Of a stretch of 32,000 nt of DNA, positions 10,401 to 25,285 are shown piece after piece. Origin of the DNA: Paramicrosporidium saccamoebae KSL3 (Eukaryota > Fungi > Cryptomycota); NCBI GenBank assembly GCA_002794465.1, contig MTSL01000219.1, positions 41,459-73,458 of the forward strand. Reading direction: 5' to 3'. A model generated the notes under the pieces. That model worked only from the letters and a program-made list of their open reading frames with translations, was not told the DNA's origin and did not search any database. Each line of letters begins with the position of its first letter. The first letter of the stretch is position 1. The translations under genes were made by a program, and so were the position numbers.

Positions 10401-13106
10401 ATTCACCCCGGGGCGAAGCAAAACTGATGATTTCTGCTTGAGTAAACTGCTCGGCTCGAGTGAATGAAGCTCAACCTGAAGGTTCTTGCATAACACTTCA
10501 ATCTCAAACTTGAGATTCAACTTCAAGTCGGCAAAATTATAAAGCTCGGCAAGAAGCTTGAGGATTGCCATTAGCCATGGATTTTCGGGCTGGAATGCAC
10601 GGCTGTGGATACACTGCTCGGTAACCTTGCACACAAACGGAACGATAGCAATGAGCCGATCGCTTGTAAATGCTTCAATTAAGAGCTCCTTCATATTAAG
10701 ATCTTTGTGCAATATGGGCTGATCACGCGCGAGGGTAAGCCCACCCAGCCAAATCCCAAGGTTCTTGAGAAGGGACCGTTCCGATGTGCTGGCTATAATC
10801 TTTGAAGAGTGGAGCAAAATGTAGATATTGGAGTAGGTCTGGCTGAGAACTTGCTGGGTCAGCGTGCTGATTTGAAGGATACCAAGAAGCTCCAGGTATA
10901 GTGAATGATAATTAGGTTCCAAACTAGCACGGCGAACTACGAGATACTGTGCAAGCCAAGCAAAATGAACTTCTTCCAACACCTTTACTAGGTCGTTCGC
11001 CTTGTGCTCCAGGTTGTTGATTGACAAATTATTCAATATAAAAAGGATACGGTCGCGCACTCCTTCAGAAGGTGCGGGGTATTTTTGCTTCTCGGCAGCT
11101 TCAATGAGCGGATTCCCAGACTCGGGCGGCACCTGACTGGGTGGAGGAACAACCACCGGTTGCACGGGAGACGCCGGCGCAGGGGGGGAAATTGGTGGTG
11201 TTGATAACGCTGGTGGTGCTTGGCCACCCGAAAGACAGGATCTGATATAGACATACAATTCAGGGTATACTTGCTGGAGATGAGGTATCTGCATTAAATG
11301 AGCACAATATTGAGGCCATTCCGCCAGGCGAGTGTGGAATTGCATGATTGCCTGCACACCAAATCGAAACAACTTTTGTCCAGGTGGCTTCCGCAGAGCG
11401 TCGAGAACGCAGCGCAGAGCAAGTCCCAACGGAACATATGCAACGAGCCCGCAATTAATCAGCTGTCCAAATAGAACGGCCGTCAAATTCAACTCGTTAT
11501 CGGGGTACTTTCCAAAAAAGCGATACTCATCGAAAATGTTGTGAAGGAAGCACGCAAACACTTGTTGATCACGAATACTGGCAGAGCCTTTCAAACGTCG
11601 CAAAACTTCAATAACATCATTTGCTGCCACTTCCCGAGCAAAAATCCGGTCGAAAAAGTTGTTCACCTCTTCCTCAATATCGGATGCAAAGGTCATCTCG
11701 GGAAGACTTCCGTTTTCAATATTGCCGCCCCTCTCAGTCATAGATATTCCCGAAATCGCTCCAGGGTTTCCTGATTCCTGTGCGCTAAGCCTGTGAATTT
11801 CCCGAAACTGCTCGGCAACGTCTGGGGCCATCATTGCGAAAACGCCATGAAGCTGTTTGATAAATAATGTGATGACTTCTGGAGACGCTGGCATCCCAGA
11901 AACAGGACCAGAAGTGCCGGAGCGCGGACGATTATACTGCAGTGCAATCTTGTCGGCGATAAAATCCACAGCCGCCCGCAAAAACAAATCTCCCTTGTCT
12001 TTGATTGATTCAGCGAGCCATTTTTCAATGTTCAGGTGCTGTCTCCTCGACGCCAAACAGGCCAAATCCAAGGTGAAAGAGTATGGCTTTGCATCCAATA
12101 TGATAGGCAGAATTTTCAATTCCTGGGCAACATCTAAAAGTCTGGAAAGACAGGTAGAGTCTCGACGGTGCATTTCGACCATGCAAAACAGTAGGACATT
12201 AGGATTCAACGACCAGACCCGAGGTAAGACAACCGTTGAACTAGGCTGTCCCAGAATGAAGCCGCATGTTAGCTTTACCAAGATTTCCTTGTTAATTGAA
12301 TTCCACGTGGGATCCATCGACGCCAAAGCAATGCATAAAAGCTCGGGACACTGACGAGATGCAAGCTCAAAAATCGGTTTGGCCTCTTCAAAGTTATCAG
12401 TATCGATTACTTGAGCGGTGAACTCGAACAGTTCAGCGCAGTTCCAGGTCTGAGATCCCAAAGTGGCTGCAATGTTGCGAGCAGCCGGCGACAAATTTGT
12501 AAAATCTTCAGTAGCAATGACCTTTTTGCCCACGAGCATCGAAAGATTCAAGATATCGGGGGGGAGAAGCAAGCAATTGAAGATTAGATTCAGCTGCCCT
12601 TTGATGTTACTCCATGACTTCATCAGGTGCTTGACTTGGACCTGGCTGTAAAAATCTTTGGTAATCGCCCGAAGAGCACGAACTAAAAGCTCGGCTCCTC
12701 GAGGATCAACAATATTGAAATGCGGCTTGTCTAAGCAGCAGATAACAGCATTGATATCTATTTTGGGGAATGATTCGAAGACTGCTGACCCAAATACACT
12801 CGTATTCCATGCACCCAATGGGGATCTTGCCAAATTCCCTGGATGGTTTGGCTGGCACATGTATATCAATGCGAGGGCGACGGGATTCTCGACCCCACCT
12901 TGCAGCATTGGCTTCAACTGTTGCAAAATATCAAGAAACATGTTCCGGTCACAGCTTTCTGGCCCCAAATCGGCAAGTACTTTGGCAAGATATCCTGGCT
13001 CCATGTCAGGAGAATTGGCCGTGAACGAATCCATTCTAGAGTGACACTCGGCTTGATAATGACTTTCTGTGGCTAACTTTTGAATATCTCTTCGGCTCTC
13101 TTCCAC
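7473..13106 (-). CDS. NOT1: CCR4-NOT scaffold subunit NOT1/CNOT1; 5' start uncertain (first in-frame ATG at 13034; open frame continues across an intron at 13146-13179)
   Basis: 1877-aa ORF with Not1 motifs: [79 protein letters not shown], and C-terminal [22 protein letters not shown]. Confidence 0.96.
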   Translation of the reverse strand: [1877 protein letters not shown]

Positions 13107-13145
13107 CGCTATTTGGATATGCTCTTCAGAAAAGTCGCGCTTGGC

Positions 13146-13179
13146 CTACAACCATAATTGAGCACCATTGCCAGCATAC
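13146..13179 (-). other. Putative 34-nt phase-0 intron upstream of the NOT1 ORF
   Basis: GTATGC...TTGTAG on the minus strand, with the same donor and size class as other introns here. It joins the 13180-13371 frame to the NOT1 frame. Confidence 0.6.
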
Positions 13180-13388
13180 CCTAATAATCTCCTTTTCTAC
13201 CTCTTCGAGACTCAAAGGCGAGTAGTAATAAAGCAAATTTTTGAAAAAAGTCCCCAAGACAGAAACTGACTCGCGGGAATGTTTCTCCAGTTTGCAATTA
13301 GAGCAATCGCAAGTGCGCCTTAAAGGTCGAGCTTGCAGTACCAGGGTTGTGAAGGGACTAAATCTACTCAAAATTAAATAGCCTTAAA

Positions 13389-13976
13389 ATGGTCGATGTC
13401 ACGGCTCGGGCAATTACTAGCGGAAACAAGGTCTTTGAGGAATGTCTCGATTGTGGACCATCCAAAATGTTGGACAGAGTAACCTCGTTGGAAGAGCTGG
13501 AATGTTTGCTTGAAGAGACATCAAAAGGCCTTGACAGAATTGAAACGGAGCTTATTGAAGAGGTGAGTGCCAAATCGGACTCATTCTTCGAAGCAATATC
13601 AGCAGTAGATAATCTTTCAGATCAGACAGCATCACTCCACAACGCCTCAAGGAATCTTTTATTGATTATGAATGATTTACAGGATAAAAATCACGGCGAG
13701 ATGCAAAAATTGGAGAAACTCGCAGAGGAACAAGAGATTCTACTAAAAGCAGAGAGCATCTTAGAGAAGGCCGTTGAGTTTACACAAAGCCAAGGCACTA
13801 TTCAGGCAATGCTAGACACACATGCTTTCAACGATGCCCTCCGAATCGTCACAGACAAAATCAAGATAATGGATGAAGATCTCCTTGGTATTAAAGTATT
13901 CCAGCCGATTCTAGTAGAGTTGCGTGAAATGAAGGTCGCACTTGAGAAAATGATAAGGGCAAATGTAATCGACTAG
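13389..13976 (+). CDS. Vps54_N-like helical protein (GARP/EARP subunit N-terminal domain only, 195 aa)
   Basis: LDRIETELIEEVSAKSDSFFEAISAVDNL resembles the Vps54/Vps50 N-terminal motif (LDxVExxLxxEISxxSxxFFxA). The rest looks coiled-coil. AATAAA follows the stop. Confidence 0.6.
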   Translation: MVDVTARAITSGNKVFEECLDCGPSKMLDRVTSLEELECLLEETSKGLDRIETELIEEVSAKSDSFFEAISAVDNLSDQTASLHNASRNLLLIMNDLQDKNHGEMQKLEKLAEEQEILLKAESILEKAVEFTQSQGTIQAMLDTHAFNDALRIVTDKIKIMDEDLLGIKVFQPILVELREMKVALEKMIRANVID

Positions 13977-14119
13977 CCTGTACGGATTAGAGATTTTAAT
14001 AAAAAATCTTGGCTTCCAACCCCGCGGTTCGCTATGTTACCGGCAAACATTCATTAGCATATAAACATTATAATGTCGTGTCTATATTGTCCGCTCGATT
14101 TTTCCAGGGAGCTGCTGAG

Positions 14120-15134
14120 ATGACTGGCAAGGTGTTTGCCGTCGTGGATACGAGCTTCATTGTTGATAACGTGCCAATCGTTCGCCAAATTTTGGAGTAT
14201 CTGAGTTCCTTTACATACACTGCCCGTGTGCACTTGATTGTCCCGTTTATCGTGGTGCAAGAATTGGACAACCTTAAAGTTGAAGTATGCATTTTTCTCA
14301 ACTTTTAGAAGCGAAGCGAGTCTAAAGTCAGTCGTGCTGCCTCGGCTGCTACATCGCTCATACAAGAGTTTCTCAAGCAAGATGGCCATCTTATTTGCCA
14401 GACCATGGTAGAGACTTATTTGACAGACGCCTCTTTGCTAAAGGTACTGCTTACTACTGTTTACACTTTATAGTGCAATGATGATCTTATACTAGACTGC
14501 GCTCTATTTTTTGGTCATTCTCGTGCTGCTAAAGTTGTGTTGCTTACTCGTGATGTTAATTTGACACTGAAAGTTACTATTCATGGGATTGAGTCTGTCC
14601 GACAGCTCCCGTCCAGCGCTGCCGAATGTATTGAGACCCTCATAGGAGCTGCTGGTGTTATCAGCTCAGACTCAATGATGGTTAACCTGACCGAATTTAC
14701 GATCTGACTATTAGGATTGGGATCCTTGTTCGGAAGATTCGGTTGATGGCAAGATGAGGCCCGAATCGCTCGGACCGATGTGTATATTAGGTCGTGTTTA
14801 TAATTTGGTGGAGTTGTCATCTTTGGAACAGACCATGCGGCAAACCTTGGACCACAACATTGGTCCTAGCTGGCATTCGTTGCTCCGCGCACCTTGTTCT
14901 CCGTGGAAGGCGTCCTTTATGATTCAAACACTAGATCGATATTGGAGCCCTTGTTTTTTCAATCTTTTCTCCAGATCAAGTCGGAACTTGGTATCTTCTT
15001 GCGCAAATTTTGTGTCAAGTCCACAGCTAGATGTCCAATCCGTACAAGATTTTGCAAAAAGGTTGAGAAGGCTTCTTCTACTTGTAAATGTGGATATCTC
15101 AATGCAGCTAACCACAGTTCCTGGGCTATTTTAG
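14120..15134 (+). CDS. SWT1: SWT1-like PIN-domain RNA endonuclease (about 308 aa; introns 14285-14308, 14444-14473, 14681-14714)
   Basis: PIN motifs FAVVDTSFIV, LIVPFIVVQELDNLK, CNDDLILDCAL and VVLLTRDVNL join in frame across the introns. The last exon has a Swt1 C-terminal-like segment (IGPSWHSLLRAPCSPWKASFMIQTLDRYW). Confidence 0.8.
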
Positions 15135-16069
15135 ATGCCTATTCATGCTAATTGCTGCCCCCACCGATCCGACGAATGTTGACGATTTAATGAAAGCAAC
15201 CTTCACCGACCCTCCAGACCAGTATTGTAGCGCCTCTTGTAAAATTCCCTGAGCCGTGTCTAAATCAAGATCAGCCACATTTGAATATACATACCATTAC
15301 CATCGACAAATCCTCCTGCCAGAAGGATGCGCTGTACGTTATGAAGTTGAGAATTCAGAAAGGATATATGGGCCAGATTATTACAAATCATCAGCATGAG
15401 ACTATAAACCAAGTCCTCTGGCTTACAATTTGGTGGAATGCTACTCGACAATCCTGCTTTGCCGAAAGAACTGGCAGGAACAGTAGCTTTTAATCCGCAA
15501 TTAGAATAGTCAGAACCGTAAATATCGCCCACGAGTAAATCAACCCCTTGGCTTGAGCCTCGTGCAGCTAGCTCTAGTAGTTCTTTAAAATCCGACACTC
15601 CGGCCAACAATGCAGCCATCCCTCGGAATGTTCCACCACCAAGGGAGGTACCAGACACCCGTCTATATACCTCGGCCGATTCCACTTTGACTATGCTTAC
15701 CCCTGACCCAATATTCATCAAAATAAACGGATATTCCATCTCAGAATCGTGCAGAGCTACCGCACCAAGCACCAAGGCCTCCATTTCATCAATTATTTGG
15801 TAGTTACACGGCAAGTAGTTGTCCATCTCTCTTGAAAGTCGATACGATCCTCCTCCCGTTGCACTTATGGTTAATTCTGCATCATGGGCCACCAGTTGTT
15901 TCAAAAATATCAAGGCATCGTCGTATCTTTCCGTGCTGAATATTTTGTGATTCCATTGACAATTCCGACATTCGGAAATTTTGAAAAGCGACCCACCGAT
16001 ATCAATGCCAATAAAGTGATGCTTGCGCTCATTGTCAATACTTTCCGACTCACTGGGAGTATGCTTCAT
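15126..16069 (-). CDS. CAB1: Type II pantothenate kinase (about 302 aa; intron 15260-15294)
   Basis: GIDIGGSL, ATGGGS, DEMEAL, YPFILMNIGSGVS, SGTSLGGGTF, VDLLVGDIYG and ASSFGK motifs. Splicing restores the C-terminal ALQYWSGG...FVGSVGA. Start placed at MKHTP (16069) because the longer ORF extension lies antisense to SGF73 exons. Confidence 0.93.
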
Positions 16070-16135
16070 ATTAACGCTAATTGGTTTCTGGTTTATTTTT
16101 GAGCATAGCGCTGCAGTCGACGCCCTATATATTCC

Positions 16136-16964
16136 ATGGCTAGTAGTAACACGAGTAGTAATCATGTCCCTCTTGGCGACTAATTTATGCAGCAGCAAAT
16201 ACAAAGCATTATCAAGATCTGGCTGTGATAAGCAACTGTGCCTCTTGCCGGCGTCCATTTTATGTGAGTGATATCGCCCATAGTGCCCGTTTCTTATTGA
16301 CCTAAAATAATTAGACTGCAAGGCCGATACTTTTGAAGAGGCTTCTGTTGTCTGGTCAAAGCAAAGCGTTGTATTCTCGCTGAATTATTAACTTGTTGTA
16401 TTGTAGTCGACTCTAAGTAAGACTACAACAACCCGCAAGGGAAATAATGCCCAGAAAAAAATCAAAAAAAGTATACTGCGGGATCTGCTAACTTTCAAGA
16501 TCAGCTTGATTTGGACCGGCATTGTGGAGTAATTATTGCACCTTCTGGTGTGCCATGCATGCGTTCCCTTACTTGTAAATCTCATGCGGCTGCGTCGAAA
16601 CGAGCAGTAATTGGCCGGTCAAGGGAATTTGACACTCTGCTGTCTGATTATTTGGTGAACAACCCGTCGAAGGCAGTGAGTACTCTATTGGTACTTTCCG
16701 TCATCCTCTCTAGATTTATCAAAGAATTCGGAAAAAGTGATGACAGCGGTAGCCAGTTCCATGACCGGAACAACTGTCGCCGCATTTGACATCACTTGTC
16801 CGCTGGATAAACCTTTCATGAAATACACTGTTTCTCCCCCTAGCGCATCACATCATGCTTGGCTTTGCCGCAGCGTGAAGATATGGGTGTCTGAGCCCTT
16901 GAGGCTTTTTTCTCTTTCACGCAAGACCCAATCGGAGTCGATTGGACAAATAAAGCAGTCTTAA
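16136..16964 (+). CDS. SGF73: SAGA DUB-module subunit Sgf73/ataxin-7-like (about 222 aa, 6 exons: 16136-16157, 16193-16288, 16315-16370, 16407-16470, 16500-16679, 16714-16964)
   Basis: Clear SCA7 zinc finger (LDRHCGVIIAPSGVPCMRSLTCKSHAAASKRAVIGRSREFDTLL). An N-terminal CASC...HSAHC zinc finger appears after splicing. Exon lengths sum to 669 nt, a multiple of 3. Exact splice sites are inferred. Confidence 0.78.
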
Positions 16965-17018
16965 TGTTTGTTGACAGTCTCTAAGCGACTTTTTGCGACG
17001 GTCTCCTCACTACCTGCC

Positions 17019-17897
17019 ATGAGATCGTTAATATGCGTGAGTCTCGTGTCGTCTCTTTTTTTGGTGTCCGAAGCCGTGGTGTCAACCTGCCTCTCTGAAG
17101 GCCAAATTGCAATCAGCTTCGATGGTGGCCCAAGTCCTACAACCCCTTTTCTTCTTGAAGAACTTAAGAAGAACAACGTCAGCGCACTCTTCAACATAGA
17201 CTCTGAAAAACTTACTCTTGGTGGCACAGCAGCTATGATGAATGGGATATATAAAGACGGCCATGTTCTGGGACTGATGCTTAGTCAAAGTTTGGACTTG
17301 AATTCAATGTCCAATGATGGTCTTCGGGCGACTGTGCAGAGACGAGCTGGTGAATTTTTTAACGCATTCGGGAAATGGCCGCTATTTTTGCGAGTACCTG
17401 CTGACCTATCAAGCGAAAAGCAACAGTACCTCGAATCCGGTGGGTATCTGATTACCAATCCTGGGCTTGATCTATCCAAAGTGTGGAGCGGAAATTGCGA
17501 GGTTAGATTTAATGCCTCCGTTGGAAAGTCATTGACCTCGGCCTCTAGCTCTCTTATCCTCTCCATGGCTGATACGGAGACTGGCTGTGCCGTCTCTGAA
17601 GATCTTAAAATGATACAGACTGCTAGGTTTTATGGATTTACTCCCGTTCGCATGGATAAATGTATAAACTTGGAGTCCCCTTATCGTCGCAATCCGTCAG
17701 AGGTCTCAGATGTTCACTTTTCGTTCTTCGATCCTGCTCCAGCTCCAACTAATGTGTCCTCAGTGGTGACAGATGATGCAAACATTGGGAAAGCAGCAAT
17801 CAACTCCAACTCTTCTAAATCCAGGTCATATCCGAGTCTGACTTTACTGGGCTCATTTTTGATACTGACACTCTGTATATTAGTTTCGAATCTTTGA
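17019..17897 (+). CDS. Secreted, probably GPI-anchored NodB/CE4 polysaccharide (chitin) deacetylase-like protein, predicted catalytically inactive
   Basis: Signal peptide (MRSLICVSLVSSLFLVSEA), CE4-like segments (IAISFDGGP, LLEELKKNNVSALF, GHVLG, PLFLRVP), a Ser/Thr-rich stalk and a hydrophobic C-terminus (LTLLGSFLILTLCILVSNL). The ORF-track start at 16968 is TTG; the first ATG is at 17019. Confidence 0.8.
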   Translation: MRSLICVSLVSSLFLVSEAVVSTCLSEGQIAISFDGGPSPTTPFLLEELKKNNVSALFNIDSEKLTLGGTAAMMNGIYKDGHVLGLMLSQSLDLNSMSNDGLRATVQRRAGEFFNAFGKWPLFLRVPADLSSEKQQYLESGGYLITNPGLDLSKVWSGNCEVRFNASVGKSLTSASSSLILSMADTETGCAVSEDLKMIQTARFYGFTPVRMDKCINLESPYRRNPSEVSDVHFSFFDPAPAPTNVSSVVTDDANIGKAAINSNSSKSRSYPSLTLLGSFLILTLCILVSNL

Positions 17898-18123
17898 GAT
17901 TATTGAGCCGAATAATCAATTAAAACACAATAATTTGCAAATCATGTTCCACTCGGTCATGAGCTAGTTGTTTTAACTATCAAAGATAATATAGCACCAT
18001 TCTGTGTCGCAAATCTCTAGCTGATAATATTCAGAGTACGCAGGACCACAGCTAGCTAAAATTTACGTACTCTTCGGCATGTGCGACGACGATTTTAATT
18101 AATAATGGTACAGCATGGCATTT

Positions 18124-18725
18124 TCACCCCGAGCGACTAAAAATGTTTTTGATAACATCCTCATCTTCAATTAGTTCAGAGGATTCGCACTAAAATCAAG
18201 AAATTCCACCAAGCTACTGAATATTGTAAAAGGTCTTTGATTTCTTCGGGAGTAGCTGGGCCTGCCTCAAAGTCCTCGCCTACATCCAAAAGGGATATCT
18301 AATATTCGGAACCTGCATCAACTAAATTACCGAGATTGAAGCATTCACCTTCGAATCGGTAAGCAGCAAGGATGTAGTTGCTTGGTGCAAACTCTCTGCA
18401 CCGCACGATGCACTTCCAATTTTTACAATCCCGTCGCCTTCCTAAGAACGTCAAACCCGTATTACCAGCATACTAATAATATGGAAAGTGATAGTGTGAA
18501 TTGCTCTCGCGAAAACTGTGTATTGTCTATCGGAAAGACCTCATTCCACAATACACGGTAGTTGTACACCAAGGAACTAACAAACCAAAATGGAATGCTT
18601 CAAAGCTACCTTGCTGTTCTGCCTCTCATCGATGGCTTTCCCTGACAAGAACATGTCCATTTGCAAAAAAAAGATCCCGATACCAACGGCAAATTGTTCA
18701 GTTCAATAATTTTCAACTGAAGCAT
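18124..18725 (-). CDS. NT-C2 domain protein (EEIG1/FAM102-like, about 158 aa, 4 introns of 28-33 nt); missed by the ORF track
   Basis: Spliced translation MLQLKIIELNNLPLVSGSFFCKW...GRTARSLVYNYRVLWNE...KIGSA...LLLTDSKVNASISISL...EDVIKNIF fits the NT-C2 pattern. All four GT-AG junctions keep frame (477 nt). Confidence 0.72.
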
Positions 18726-18780
18726 ATATCTCTATATTATATTATTTTAATGTGTACACATAAATAAATCAGGAAGATGA

Positions 18781-23994
<5,214 letters not shown>

Positions 23995-24133
23995 TTGGAA
24001 AACAGCCCCGCCGACACGGAAAGTAATTTCTTTGAATCAAAAAGACTCACGTGGACAGTTGTATTTCTACTGACTACTTATAAAAGTTTCATGGAATGAC
24101 TAGATGCTACACAAAAGATTGATTCTGCTGTTT

Positions 24134-25285
24134 TTAAGAGTTTTTTGGTTTCTGTGAGTAGACCTTGATAGGACGACCTGCGGAAGTTCCAAAGTTAGTA
24201 GCGCCTGCGCCGCCATTTCCAGATTGGCGTAAATTGGCCTTATAAGTCTCCTTGAATGTTTCAATAAAGGAAGCTGGTCTATGATTGGGAACGGATGAGT
24301 ATACAATATCAGGAATCCTGAAAAATCTTCGAGCTATTTTGGTTGCCCACAGTCCCTGAACCGCACAGGTAATTAGGTTCGAGGTGCAGAAATACAGAAC
24401 AAGGGCCTAAAAGTTGATGGCGAGACTGAATGGGTGTACAGATGGCATGAATGAGAGTACGGGAAAAGAGGCGGCGGCAAAGACACGAAGGCCGATTCGC
24501 ATACCTGCGCTGAGATTTTGATTCGGCGAGGAAAATTTTGATAGCTACAGGTTAGTGATGAAAGAAAATGCATTTACCTCCATGGTCAGTAAAAGGGTGG
24601 CCGTGGATAATGCAGGTAGAATGTAATAGGGATCAGCCGCAGTCAGATCTTGAAACCAGAGGACTCCTCCGTTGACCAGCGATGCCATCGGTTGACTGGC
24701 CATGTTCCTTATTGCAAAGAACGTTGCCATGAAGAAAGGTAGCGGAAACAGGGATAGTCCGAGAATTTTTACTGGATTGATATCGTTTTTGGACATGTAA
24801 GCTGCTAAATCTCTAATCTTCTGACGACTTTCCTCTTGCTTCCCCTGATTACGCAGCGCTTCTGATTCTGCCTGCAATTCTTGCACGCGAGGTTTCAAAT
24901 TGTTTGCCATAATGGTTGAGCGTGTTTGCTTGATTGAAAGAGGAAAGAGCAAAGCCCGTAGACCGATTGTGTAGACGACCAGTGTGGCAGTCCAAGTCAG
25001 TCCTGTTGATAGATGGATCGTTTCAATTAATCTCTCAGTAATATTTGCGGGCCAAAGCACAGACCCGTTAAGAATGTATTCCCATTTTCCAGAAGTCGAG
25101 ATAGATGTCTCTGATAATCCTGAAAACTGCGTATTCAATACCGGGCTGGTCTCAGCTACCGACTGAACAATTTTGGAGTCTGAGAATGCATCAGGGGCGG
25201 TGGAGTATGGGAGCCTCTTGATGCGGCGAATATAGTGAAGAGAAGGGATTAGTCGATTCGAGCAACTTTGCTTAAAGGTCATCAT
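24134..25285 (-). CDS. OXA1: Mitochondrial inner-membrane insertase Oxa1/YidC family (about 361 aa, two 33-nt introns)
   Basis: IHLSTGLTWTATLVVYTIGLRALLFPL, LWFQDLTAADPYYILP and LYFCTSN after splicing; presequence-like N-terminus and basic C-terminal tail. Cox18 is not fully excluded. Confidence 0.88.

Noticed and set aside
13219-13370. RNase MRP-like motifs on the plus strand (GAAAAAAGTCCCC ... GGGACTAAAT; GAGTAG/CTACTC pairing)
   Set aside because: There is no room for P2/P3 between the putative P1 and CR-I, the CR-V match is imperfect, and the region is better explained as the NOT1 5' exon.
16070-16321. 84-codon N-terminal extension of the pantothenate kinase ORF
   Set aside because: It lies antisense to SGF73 exons 1-3 and has no PanK similarity; an ATG at 16069 gives a normal-length enzyme.
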